DNA from: Octopus sinensis
Taxonomy: Eukaryota
Assembly: GCF_006345805.1 (NCBI RefSeq)
Contig: NC_043008.1
Span: forward strand, 51,894,001-51,958,000
Reading direction: 5' to 3'
Length of the DNA stretch: 64,000 nt
Part shown: positions 1 to 12,571 of the stretch, piece by piece
How positions within the stretch are numbered: the first letter of the stretch is position 1
Layout of the letters: every line of letters begins with the position of its first letter
Translations under genes and position numbers: made by a program
Notes under the pieces: generated by a model
Databases searched by the model: none
Told to the model about the DNA's origin: nothing
Seen by the model: the letters and a program-made list of their open reading frames with translations, nothing else

Positions 1-82
1 TATGCATGCTACTGTGTTTGATGACATCAGTGATGTCGTTAATAGAAATTATGGAAAGTAGCGGGCCCAGTACAGTGCCTTG

Positions 83-597
83 TGTATGTATGTATGTATG
101 TATGTATGTGGTATGTATGTATGTATGTATGTATGTGTGTATGTATGTATGTATGTATGTATGTATGTATGTATGTATGTATGTATGTGTGTATGTATGT
201 ATGTATGTACGCATGTATGTATGTATGTATGTGTGTATGTATGTATGTATGTATGTACGTATGTATGCATGCATATATGTATGTATGTATGTACGTATGT
301 ATGTATGTACGCATGTATGTATGTATGCATGCATGTATGTATGTATGTATGTATGTACGTATGTATGCATGCATGTATGTATGTATGTATGTATGTATGT
401 ATGTATGTGTGTATGTATGTATGTATGTATGTATGTATGTACGTATGTATGTATGTATGTATGTATGTATGTGTGTATGTATGTGTGTAAGTATGTATGT
501 ATGTATGTGTGTATGTATGTATGTATGTATGTGTGTATGTATGTGTGTATGTGTGTATGTATGTATGTGTGTTTGTATGCATGCATGTATGTATGTC
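83..597. repeat. (TATG)n microsatellite with TGTG/TGCA variants
   Basis: Directly visible tetranucleotide array; the source of the spurious MYVC/HTYI ORFs. Confidence 0.97.
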
Positions 598-1091
598 ATT
601 ATTCAGTCTATTTCAAAATTCCTTGCCAATAAAGAAAGAACTAGTTTCTAACCTAGATTCAAGGCTCCTTCATTGGAATTTCAACATCAACAGGATATTT
701 TTGCATGTATGTATGTATATGTGCAGATTTGTATGCTTTGTTTTATGTATGTATTCTTGTGTAAATAGTTGCATACCTAGACATGCTCATATATACTTAA
801 ATGAAAAACTTCAGGGAAGTTTTACAGACTTTTACAGTTCCAGTGATGGCTTGGATCTGTAGTATTTGAATCAGCTTTCTCCTTTCTGGTTTTAAGAAGA
901 CTAATTTGTCAAGATTGGTACTTAGGCAGTGTTTTACAGATCCCTGTGCCCCAGTAATTACAGGTATAAACCTGAGCTTGTAATCTGTCCCAAACAACAA
1001 TATGCAACCTGTTATGTTTACTTTTGACAGAAGTTTTGATGAGAATATTCCACCAGTATTCCTTGAGTTGATGTTTATGAATGTATTCCAT
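590..1091 (-). mobile_element. 5'-truncated R4/Dong-type (RLE-clade) non-LTR retrotransposon, 3' end with internal deletion
   Basis: Minus-strand translations EYWWNILIKTSVKSKHNR(LH)IVVWDR and DYKLRFIPVITGAQGSVKHCLSTNLDKL...QIQAITGTVKVCKT match the C-terminal restriction-like endonuclease region (HNRPDIV...IPVIIGALG) of R4/Dong elements; the 3' UTR runs into a (CATA)n array. Confidence 0.75.
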
Positions 1092-1132
1092 AACAGGGAT
1101 TTTCTTAGTTTATGTATGTATGTATATATGTA

Positions 1133-1540
1133 TGTATGTCATTATTCTGTTTATTTCAAGATTTCTTGCCAGTAGAGAAAGAACCGGTTTCTAACCTAGA
1201 TCCAATGTTCCTTCATTGGAATTTCAACATCAACAACAGGGTATTTTTGTTTGTATGTATGTATGCATGTATATGCAGATTTTATGTATGTATGCTCATG
1301 CATATAGTTACATATCTAGACATGCTCATATAGATATATTTAAATGCTAAACTTATGGAAAGTTTTACAGATTTTTATTGTTCTAGTGTCGGATTGTATC
1401 AGTAGTCTTCGAATTAGCTTTCTCCATTCTGGTTTTGAGAAGCCTAATTCTCAAGATTGATATTTAGGCAGTGTGTTACATATCCCAGAGCCCCAATAAT
1501 TACAGGTATAAATCTGAACTTGTAATATCTGGATAGAATA
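1133..1540 (-). mobile_element. Second, shorter copy of the same R4/Dong-type RLE LINE 3' end
   Basis: Diverged direct repeat of most of 590-990; translates YKFRFIPVIIGALGYVTHCLNINLE; flanked by (TATG)n on both sides. Confidence 0.75.
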
Positions 1541-1649
1541 ACTGTATGCATGTATGTATGTATGTATGTATGTATGTATGTATGTATGTATGTATGTATG
1601 TATGTGTGTATGTATGTGTGTATGTATGTATGTATGTTTGTATGTATGT

Positions 1650-2010
1650 ATAGTTGTGATAGCAACAAGCAGGCTGTTGCTGGTTAGTGGTGGGTGGATG
1701 GTTGATATATTAATTGCATTAGCAACAAGCTGGTGATTAATATATTAGTTGTGGTAGCAACAGATTGGTGGTTGGTGGGTGGTATGTTAGTTAGCAACTA
1801 GCTGGCAGTTGGTGGTTGAGGGTTGGAATTGTGGTGGCAGTAGTAGCAATCTGGTGGTTAGTGTTACAATAGCAACAGACTGGTGGCTGACATATTAATT
1901 GCAATAGCAACAAAGTGGTAATGGGTGGTTAGGTGGTATATTAATTGTGTTAGCAACAGAGTGGTAGTGGGTGGTTGGTATATTATTAGTTGTGATAGCA
2001 ACAAGCTGGC
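1650..2010. repeat. Degenerate minisatellite anchored on TAGCAACA
   Basis: About 8 recurrences of tagcaaca followed by GGT-rich spacers. Confidence 0.6.
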
Positions 2011-2234
2011 TGTTGGAATCAAAACTAGAAAAGTGAAATGTCACACACTCAACAGTTTATAAAATATTCATTTGCCCAAATTTCAGGTTGCTGTTTTCTG
2101 TGCTTCTATTTATAGTTAATTATAATTAGATGGTGATTACATATTTGGTTTTTATTTGTTGCCTTTTCACAAGCAGTGGCTTATTTGTTTTATGCTAGGT
2201 TGGTGGGTGGAGTTGTATACAAGTTTGTGGAGCA

Positions 2235-2530
2235 TGTGGTGGTGGTAGGTGATAGTGGTGATGGTGGTGTTGTTGATGGTGTTGATAATGGTGGTGGTAG
2301 TGGTGGTGGTGGTGGTAGGTGATAGTGGTGATGGTGGTGTTGTTGATGGTGTTGATAATGGTGGTGGTAGTGGTGGTAGTGGTGGTGGTGGTGTTGTTGA
2401 TGGTGTTGATAATGGTGGTGGTAGTGGTGGTGGTGGTGGTAGGTGATAGTGGTGATGGTGGTGGTAGTGGTGGTGGTGGTGGTGTGGTGGTGGTGGTAGC
2501 TGTGATGGTAATTTTGGTGATGGTGATGGT
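2235..2530. repeat. GGT-rich low-complexity array with a repeated ~70-bp higher-order unit
   Basis: ggtaggtgatagtggtgatggtggt... recurs three times. Confidence 0.85.
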
Positions 2531-2817
2531 AGCAATTGTATATTTAGCTGTATGTCATCAGATTAAGTGCCATTACTATTAACTGAGAATAGGATATGCA
2601 TAGTTTCACAGCATCCCATAGCACTTAGTTGTCAGGGCTGTCCAACTGTCTCGCTATGGTTTGTTAATGTCGCACATATACAAACACACACATGTGTGAA
2701 CGCGAGCACACACACACACACACACACAAAGCAAAACAAACAAAGCAAAACAAACACACACACAAATACATGCTGATATTCACAAAACACATACATTTAC
2801 TTACAAATACATAATAC

Positions 2818-3130
<313 letters not shown>

Positions 3131-3508
3131 TATATATACATAAATATACACACACGCATTTTTATTTGACATTTGACAATTGGACACATACACACATACA
3201 AATACATTTAAACATATCCATGTGAGCATGCCTACACATACACACACACACACCAATGACAAACGCATATGCATATTGTTATATTACAGATGCTATGACA
3301 TAAACACACACATACATGGATACTGACATATGCAAATATTGTGACATATATATATACTCAAGCATACACACATACACTGACAAATACATTACATACTGAC
3401 GTATGCAGAAACTGTAGCTACATACCTTCAGAGATATACACACACACAGTGACACACAAACACACATACATACAAAGTAACACTTCCTCTCTTCCGACAC
3501 CAACTCAC

Positions 3509-3532
3509 TGGTTCTCTGTCAGTCCTCTTGTA
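3509..3532 (-). CDS. Candidate 24-nt micro-exon (YKRTDREP in phase 0)
   Basis: Minus strand tctgattatttttctcag|TACAAGAGGACTGACAGAGAACCA|gtgagt: strong acceptor and donor, length a multiple of 3, open frame. Linkage to the upstream gene not demonstrated. Confidence 0.35.
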
Positions 3533-3631
3533 CTGAGAAAAATAATCAGATGACCTCCTCTTCTTAAACCTACCTGATTAATGAATGCCATCAGAAACAA
3601 AGGGATGTAACTTGAAAGAACCTTTGAACTA

Positions 3632-4255
3632 CAGGCACAAGGCTTGAAATTTTGGAGGAGGGAGCTGGCTGCTTAAACTGACCCCAGCGCTCAACTAGTA
3701 CTCATTTTATCAATCCCAAAAGGATGAGAGGTAAAGTTGACCTTTACAGAATTTGAACTCAAAACATAAAGGCGGAAGAAATGCTGCTAAGCATTTTGTC
3801 TGGCATGCAAATGATTCTACCAGCTCACAGCTTTAATTATCCTTTTTACTTAAGGCACAAGGCTTGAAATTGTTGGGGAGGAAGATAACTGATTACATCA
3901 ACCCCAGTGCTTGACTGGTACTCTTCTCGTTGCCTCTGAAAGGATGAAAGGCATAGTTGACCTCAAGGGAATTTGAACTCAGAACATAAAAGATGGACAA
4001 AATACCACTAAGCATTTAACCCAGTATGCAAATAATTCTGCCAGCTTACCTAATAATAATAATAATAATAATAACTGTTTCAAATTTTGGCACAAGGCCA
4101 GAAATTTCAGAGGAGTGGGTAAATCGATTAAAACAATTCAGTTGCTATTTATTTCATAGACCCCAAAAGGATGAAAGTTAAAATCATCCTTGGTGGGATT
4201 TGAACTCAAAAGGTAAACATGGACAAAATGCCACGAAGCATTCTGCCAACACACT
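3632..4255 (-). mobile_element. Three tandem decayed copies of SINE family A (about 3632-3832, 3854-4052, 4088-4255)
   Basis: Each contains aaggatga..gg.aaagttgacct...gaatttgaactca.aac, the reverse complement of the family A copy at 4436. Confidence 0.8.
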
Positions 4256-4435
4256 ACTTTACAAATATAACTTGCAATAATGTCATCATTACTGTATAGT
4301 GATCTTGTGTTTATTGCATACTTTCATTGCCCTAATGAGTGCAGCTCTGTACAGTTTTGGTACTTGCAGTGTTTTGCGTTTCTATTTTCTACTTTGTATT
4401 TAAAATACTTTGTGGCTGTGTCATTATTTTGGTTG

Positions 4436-4672
4436 CTTAAGGCAGCGAGCTGGCAGAACCGTTAGCACGCCGGGCGAAATGCGTAGCCATATTTCGTCTG
4501 GCACTACGTTCTGAGTTTAAATTCCGCCGAGGTCAACTTTGCCTTTCATCCTTTCGGGGTCGATAAATTAAGTACCAGTTACGCACTGGGGTCAATGTAA
4601 TCGACTTAATCTGTTGTCTGTCCTTGTTTGTCCCCTCTGTGTTTAGCCCCTTGTGGGTAGTAAAGAAATAAT
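4436..4672 (+). mobile_element. SINE family A, well preserved (ggcagcgagctggcagaaccgttagc...)
   Basis: tRNA-like A/B-box head (gagtttaaattccg); many related copies in the window (e.g. 21712, 26196, 30976, 46330). Confidence 0.85.
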
Positions 4673-5420
4673 TATTTTGGTTGCTTCCCAACCATTGCTT
4701 TGCAGTCTTAGGTTCATTCTGCTATGTTGCGCCTTGTGTCAGCTAAGGTTATGGCTTCAGGGCCAGTCAAAGTTTTGTGAGTGGATTTGGTTGAAGGAAA
4801 CTAGAAGTCAGTCGTTCATATATGGTATGCATGTTAGAAGACTGCTGGCAAAACATGCAACATGCATGAGTTCTAACATCAATAAAGGAAAATGTAAAGT
4901 AGAGCTATAAGATAAAGCAATGAAAAGCTACGACCTTAATACTGCTGATAAATGTTAATATAAACACACACATACACACATTACAATGCTTATTAATACA
5001 GTTAGTATTTGTTACTAAACACAATTTCATCATAAATACAGTTATCCTATCTATGTTTATGTATCATCAAAAATTGAACCCGAGTTATTCACATTCTTGA
5101 TACTCTTTTGATGCAAACTGAATGAAAGAAGTATATTTTTTGTTTATATATAACATGGAGTTATATAATTAAATATTGTTACATGCGAAATGAAATTGAA
5201 GCGAGTAGGTATATAATGGCAATGTAATGTTGGTATTATTTATGTTAAAGCAATGGGCATATATACACAAATATGCCCCATCAACTTTCCTACTTTCTTT
5301 CATCATAACTTCCATAAAAATGTATATTCTTTAATGAAATTTGAAATAAATATGCTTCAGATGGTGGTAATTCTGGAAGAAAACTGGAAGAGGCCAATCA
5401 TACATATATGTATGTATACA

Positions 5421-5467
<47 letters not shown>

Positions 5468-5494
5468 ATGTGTGTGTGTATGTGTGTGTGTGCG

Positions 5495-5702
5495 TGTCTG
5501 TCTGTTTGTCCCTCCACAATCGCTTGACAACTGAAACTGGCATGTTTATGTCCCTGTAACTTGGCATTTGGCGAAAGAGACCAATTGAATAAGTACTAGA
5601 CTTACAAAGAATAAGTCCTGGGGTCTATTTCTTTGACTAACACTCTTCAATGTGGTGCTCTAGCATGGCTGCAGTCAAATGACTGAATCAAGTAAAAGGA
5701 AT
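5495..5702 (+). mobile_element. SINE family B, 3' half
   Basis: Matches the 3' half of the full copies at 31481 and 48329 (ttgacaac...gaataagtact...gcagtcaaatgactga). Confidence 0.8.
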
Positions 5703-5839
5703 AACTGTATATGTATATATAGATCATCATAATCATCATCATAATCACCATACACACATATATATATATATATCCATATGTGTGTGTGTGTGTGTTTGTG
5801 TGAATATATATGGATATACACACACACACACACACACAC

Positions 5840-5872
<33 letters not shown>

Positions 5873-5979
5873 AAAGCTGCAGAAATTCAACAAAACCTGT
5901 CACTCGGAGTTTCACGTTCCCGTTCATCGGACGAGTACTCTTTTTTCCACCTTGTTTCACATTTATGTATTTACTCCGG

Positions 5980-6011
<32 letters not shown>

Positions 6012-6028
6012 ATATATATATTATAGTC

Positions 6029-6315
6029 TCTGGCCAATCAAAACCTTGTGAGTGGATTTCATACAGGGAAACTTAAAGAAGACTGTCGTATGTATGTGTA
6101 TATTTGTGTGTGTGTGTGTCTATGTTTATACCCTCACCATTGCTTGACAACTGACGTTGCTGTGTTTATGTTCTCATATCTTAGCAGTTCAGCAAAAGAC
6201 ACCAATAGAACAAATATTGGGCTTACAAAGAATAAATGCTGAGGTCAATTTGTTCGACCAACGGCGATGCTCCAGCATGGCCATAGTCACATGACTGAAA
6301 CAAGTAAAACAATAA
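6029..6315 (+). mobile_element. SINE family B, 5'-truncated
   Basis: ccttgtgagtggattt...ggaaact through gactgaaacaagtaaaa. Confidence 0.8.
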
Positions 6316-7089
6316 AAAAATCTATACCATTTTAATCCCAAGCAAGACCAGGTATCTCTGCTAGTGTGTATATATATATGTTCTATATATATATATATAT
6401 ATACATGTTCTATCTATCTATGATTCAATGCAGCATTGCTTTTTGCATTTAGTTCATTTGAAGTAGGAGTCTCTTTTCTCTTTATAAATGCATCAAAATG
6501 TTCTCTTTTCTCTTTCTCAAAATGTCCTTGTTTCTGTGACATTTCAAACATGAAAATCTCTGTTGGTTTTTGGAATATATTTAAGTGCTTCACATATTTC
6601 ATATGCGAAGGTCTTGCATATAATTGTATACGTTTTATCATTTCACTGGGTGGCAGCTGTGTAGAATATGAGTCATATGAGCAATTGTTGCTGATTTGGG
6701 TATGTTATAATATCAAGTGTTAATTATGTGTTATCTTATAGAACTATAATTATTTTGAGTACATAGTGATCTTGTAGAGAATAGTGTAAATTCTATATTT
6801 TATGGGATAATGATCGTAGAGAATATGTGTGGTGTGAGTTATACAGAGCAAGTATTGTATGATGTGTAGTGTTGAAATGAATGCATCTTCCACATGTGGA
6901 TAGTACAAAGCAGGGTTACTTGACACACACCAAGAGAAGCCTCTCCTGTCTGTGTGATGTACTATTGAAACAAAGTGTCTTACACAGGTTGACTGTACAT
7001 GGCATGGCTATCCTAAACACACTGAGAAGAGCTCATTCTTTGCTGGGGCAGGCAGCATAAAATTTAGTCCTTAGTCATTAAAGATGAAC

Positions 7090-7900
7090 TATATTTGTTG
7101 TTTCAAGTGGGCTGTCTGGATCAATTCTCTTTCTCTCCAAGCATTCCTGTCTTCCACGACACTTTTGAGGTGATTTATTAGTAATTCAACATCACAAGAG
7201 AGTTGACCTATGTACATCATTTTAGATTATCTGACATAAGAATTCCCATGACTTGGAATTCACAAAAAATCTTACTCACTAATTCATCTTTGCTTTAATG
7301 GCAGTGACCAGCAAATCTCTCCACTCTTGAATGATTGATTATGTTGAGAATATTTCCATGAAGCTCTCCTTTCTATGGATGTTGCTCCACAGTTCATCAA
7401 GAACAACTCACAACAGATATGTGTAGGTCCCATCAAGCTTGCTTTCTGTCTTTTTCATCAAAGTCCATGCCAATGAACCATAAAGAAGAACTGATACTAC
7501 AATGGATCAGAACTCTCTTTCTATCCACTCAAGCAGTGTAGACTTCCAGATTATTCCTAATTTTTCCTGTGCACTCCATGTTTTTGCCATGTGGTTTGAT
7601 ACATTTTTTTCAGTGGATAAGATATAATTTCTGGGATAAATGAAACATTTGACTCTCTTCAGAGGTGTACTGCTCAACATGTTGCTCTGGCCATTCTTGT
7701 TGAGGCATATGTATTCAGTCTGCCCAACATTTACATGACGATTGATCCTGGAAGTTGCCTCTTCCAGGATTTTGCAGTTTTGCAGCATTAGTTACCTTGT
7801 CACTAAATAGCATAGTGTTGTCTGCTTAATCAGCAACAGGGATATTCCTGGCTAGATACTTCCTAATGGAGGTTCTGAATGAATTCAAAGAAGGAGATGG
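7090..7900 (-). mobile_element. Decayed RTE-clade LINE, RT C-terminal half and 3' end
   Basis: Minus strand VAD*ADNTMLFSD (YADD-like), ...LKRVKCFIY..YILSTEKNVS...AKTWSA.EKLGIIWKS..., typical of the RTE RT/thumb region; multiple stops and frameshifts. Confidence 0.75.
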
Positions 7901-9013
7901 GAACAGTGTAGCAGAGGAAATTGAATCTATTTTTGTAGAACCACCAATCATGGTGATAACAAAAATAATGAAATTAAAAAAAAAAAAAACGTATTAAGCT
8001 TCAAACTTATAATCCAGTAAAATACTCCACCATTTCAATACTACACTCATTGTGTTTACTGCTTGTATAATTTGGATTTATTTATCAGTTTTAGCAAAAA
8101 CTTCTTTTTGTGAGGTTTCTGTGGAGTTAGGTTCCAGGATAAATATGCACTGAACCAGAGACAGGAGATTTTAAGTTATTGCAGACATGCTATGGAGTAA
8201 AGAATGTCAAGTGAAAAAATACCATTTAAATAATATTAACTTTTGCATTTGAATTTGGCTTTTTCACCTAAATACAGGCATCATTTAGTGTAACATCCAT
8301 TGTACATTTTTCACCTTTACATTTTACATTTTTTGACTTTCAAGAAAATCTTCAAGTTTTTACAAACTATTATTTTATTTTATTCTACTTTATCATCTTT
8401 TAAATATTATTTTTATTTCATTCTCATTATTTTGTTGCAACTATTACTTTTAAATGCACCTTTTTGAAACATTTAATAATTTTTTTTTACACTGTAATTT
8501 AGCCCAAAATATACACACAACTTTGGTTTTTAATGCATATCTTTAAAAGCCCATTTACAACTGCCCAAAAGGTGTCTCAAAGCAACTGTGTATCTGCAAT
8601 CGCCTAAAATGTGTTTTTAAGATATTGAATACTCAAATGGATTTGTTTTATTTTATTTTTTTATTATAATTTTTATGATTTTTATTATTTAATTAATTAA
8701 TTTCATTGCATTTATTTATCATTATTGTTATCATTGCTCATAAATGGGTGGTGCAGAGCTCTAGCAAGCTGAGCAAAATATTTGGCGATTTTTAGCCAGT
8801 TGTTAAATTTCTGATTTAAATTTCACTGAGGTCAAAATTAAAAAATTTTTTTACTCATTTTCAAATTTATATTTTAAATTCATATTTTCAAACTATTACA
8901 CTAAATTATATTACATTAATTTATTTAGCTATTTTCATATTTTTGATATTCAACATACCAGACAAACAGTTTTAAATATATTCGTATGAGTATACATGTT
9001 ATTGAGTATATAT

Positions 9014-9413
9014 CAGAGATGTGCCATCTAGGTAAGCAAGGTAGGCAGTGCCTACCTTGAATAAAATATATCAATAACAACATTTTCCTCTTATGATAAA
9101 ATATGCACCTAATTCAGTAAAATTATGAAGGTTAGTCTGATTATTATGCATAACATGCAAAATGTTTTTATTTTTTTATAGATTAGGAAGGCATAATTCA
9201 CTCCTGCTTTTCAATCTCAGTATTTATGCTATGCATACTACTGCTGTAGTACACATGCTGCGTACATTTCTACAACACTGTTTTCTTTTCATGCTACAAA
9301 TAGATCTGCCTTCAACTCAGTCGCACACCTGTGTTTCACTTATTTTTTGTGTGTTTTACCACATAAAGGTTGCCAACTGCCTACCCAGAGTAATTACAAA
9401 TGGCAGGTGCTTG
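9014..9413. mobile_element. Probable hAT-type MITE with a subterminal palindrome
   Basis: Degenerate termini cagagatgtgccat / atggcaggtgcttg; perfect 11-bp inverted repeat caaggtaggca-g-tgcctaccttg at 9037-9059 and a related motif at 9366-9386. Confidence 0.45.
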
Positions 9414-9765
9414 GTTTATATGTATGGTTATGTGTATAAAGATATATATATGCATATATACTTATTTGTATATTTGTATGCATGTATACATGTATGTATT
9501 TATGTAGATATGCATGTCTTTTTATATGTGTGCCTTTGCTTATATAGAAAAGTTTTAACATATCTTATTGTTAGATACTTTAGGAATGCTATTTTTTCAA
9601 ATAATTTTCTCTCTCTCTCTCTCTTTCTATTTTTTCTCTCTCTTTCTTTTTTCCTCCCACCACTTCTTATTCTGATTCTTTCTAAACTGCAACAACAAAG
9701 TTGTGCACTTAGAACATATGCATGAAAACATATGATGTCTTTATATATGCATGTAGATATCTATA

Positions 9766-10077
9766 TCACCGTAATCACCATGACCGACCAGGCTATCAGA
9801 TGTTGCTACACATCGCTGGTCACAATGCGCTTCGCATTGTTTAAGCCTCCAAATGACGGCACCCTGCTGGCTAAGCGAGCAGGCCAACAGAAGAAAGAGA
9901 GAGAGAAAGTTGTGGTGAAAGAGTACAGCAGGGACTGCCACCACCCCCTGCTGGAGCTTCGTGGAGATTTAGGTGTTTTCGCTCAATAAACACTCACAAC
10001 GCCCGGTCTGGGAATCGAAACCACGATCCTACAACCACGAGTCCGCTGCCCTAACCACTGGGCCATTGCGCCTCCAC
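9766..10077 (-). mobile_element. SINE family D (tRNA-derived head)
   Basis: Minus strand starts gtggaggcgcaatggcccagtggttagggc...gtttcgattccc (A and B boxes); its 3' part matches 17272-17388. Confidence 0.8.
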
Positions 10078-10107
10078 AGATACCTATATATAGACATTGG
10101 TATATAT

Positions 10108-10509
10108 ACTCTTTTACTCTTTTACTTGTTTCAGTCATTTGACTGTGACCATGCTGGAGCACCACTTTTAGTCGAGCAACTCGACCCCCGGACTTATTCT
10201 TTGTAAGCCCAGTACTTATTCTATCGGTCTCTTTTGCCGAACTGCTAAGTGACGGTGACATAAACACACCAGCATCAGTTGTCAAGCAATACTAGGGGGA
10301 CAAACACAGACACACACGCACACATATATATATATACATGTATACGACAGGCTTCTTTCAGTTTCCGTCTACCAAATCCACTCACAAGGCTTTGGTCGGC
10401 CCGAGGCTATAGTAGAAGACACTTGTCCAAGGTGCCACGCAGTGGAAAATGAACCCGGAACCATGTGGTTGGTAAGCAAGCCACTTACCACACAGCCACT
10501 CCCGCGCCT
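10108..10509 (-). mobile_element. SINE family B, full length
   Basis: tRNA-like head, CORE-like ccttggacaagtgtcttc, central (TA/TG)n, aagagt tail repeats. Confidence 0.9.
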
Positions 10510-11348
10510 CACATTTATATTTTGCCTCTCTATATATATGTATGTATGCACAGCTGCACTTGATATATTGTGAGCAGGGGAATCAAACCCTTACTACATT
10601 TTAGTGACGGGACCAACTCACAATAATTTGAAAAACTACCATTATGGCAAATTACAGTTTGGTGTGAATTCAGTTCACACTAAAACACTGACTCGACGAC
10701 TCCTGATGACCTCTGTCTCAACCAACATGCTACACTTTATAAGGGTTTGGCTAGTCTATTCTTTCAATCTCCCATGGATGTCAATGATTCTCACCACAAC
10801 ACAACATATATATAACTTCACACACACACAAACACACACACACACACACACACACATGACAGGCTTGCACATAGTTTCTGTGGAGGTTTTATTATAATTA
10901 AAAAAATTTTTTTACGATAGAGAAATCTTTGTGATGGTATCATTACTCTATGCCTCACTGCCAACAAGATACTTTCGATCATCAAAATGTAACACGGCAA
11001 CAATAGAGACCACTTGAATATACCACTTTAGTTGATGTGTCTTTTGATAATAAATAAATAGACAATAAAATAATGGCAGAGTTGATTTATTCTCCCTTTA
11101 TTTCTTGGTTATACTTTATATTGCATACGAACTGAAGTGTTCTATTCATTTACCAAAATAGAACTATGTATATGTTACATAGGAGTTTGCATGTATATGC
11201 ATGTATATATATATATATAATATATATATATATATATTATATATATATATAAATATATGAACATACATAAGGATATATTTACATATATGTATGTATGAGT
11301 GTGTGCATATGCATACATACATTCATACAGACATATATGCACATACAT

Positions 11349-11393
<45 letters not shown>

Positions 11394-12540
11394 TATATAT
11401 GCAATACATGTGTGTGTGTGTGTGTGTCTGTGTGTGTGCATGTGCTTGTGTGTGCGTATGCATTGTGCAAACATGTGGAAGCTGAAGAGCAAGAAGGACA
11501 TATGAGGAATAGGTGAAGGTTGATCTCAAGAGGCTGAAACTGATGATGGAGATAACAAAGGCTCAGAACAAGTAGCAAGGTGATGTTCTGAAGAGGAGTC
11601 ATTTGATGTGTGCAAGCAGGGGAAAAACATACACAGAGAAAAAAAAGTAGTAATGTGTGTGTGTGTGCGTGTGTATGTATTACACTGTGGATGTGTATAT
11701 GTATCTGTGTGTGAACATGCATCCAGACCAAATAATGTGGAGGAGAGTGTATGGAAGAGATACAAATATTTAAATATATATATATATATATTATATATAT
11801 ATATATACGTAAAGAAATATATAAATACATACATATATGGCACTCTGTTAGTGACAACAATGAGTGTTCCATTTGATTCGATCAACAAAACAGCCTGTTC
11901 ATGAAATTAATGTGCAAGTGGCTGAGCACTCCACAGACGTGCATACCCTTAGCGTAGTTCTCATGGAGATTCAGTGTGACACAGAATGTGACATGGCTGG
12001 GCCTTGAATTACAAGTACAACTTATTTTGCCAGCTGAGTTGACTGGAAATCCAGGTGAGCTGATATGGAGCTGGTGTTGCAGATAAACATGATTAGGCTT
12101 GATATACATAAACAAATTTACAAACAAATACACATTTGCTGTGCTTGTGAGGACTTGTCAAGCCAAGTGAAATCAGAGTCATGAACAGTGTTAGTGACAT
12201 GTAAAAGATACCCATGCCAGTGACATGCATAAGCTACCTGTGCCAGTGATATGTCAAAGGCACTCATGCCAGTGACAAGTTGAAGGTACCCACTATACTC
12301 TTAGAGTGGTTGACATTGGGAAGGACATCCAACTGTAGAAACCAAATTAAAATGAGACTGGAGTCTGCTACAGCTCTCTGGCTTATCAGTTCCAGTTTTA
12401 ACCTATGCCAGCATGGAAAACAGACACTAAAGGATGATGGTGAGGATACACACACACACAAAATTTGGTCAGCTTTTGTTGTAATAATTACTGCTCTATT
12501 CATTAGAGTGTGCTTCTTTTCTGATATATGTTTTATTGAC

Positions 12541-12566
<26 letters not shown>

Positions 12567-12571
<5 letters not shown>

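Noticed and set aside
6-651. Long ORFs of 136-208 aa (MYVC/HTYI repeats)
   Set aside because: Translations of (TATG)n, which lacks stop codons in most frames; the same applies to the YI/CV ORFs across the window, including 56282-57331 and 61158-61723.
6414-6960. Penelope GIY-YIG or zinc-knuckle remnant
   Set aside because: No frame gave a recognisable motif; left unannotated.
10010-10077. tRNA gene (also 14170-14245 and the SINE B heads)
   Set aside because: A and B boxes are present, but there is no closed acceptor stem and the sequence continues into a SINE body.
10622-10679. Minus-strand exon CELNSHQTVICHNGSFSNY
   Set aside because: Very short pyrimidine tract, and the surrounding sequence looks like a decayed interspersed repeat; could not be phased to the gene model.
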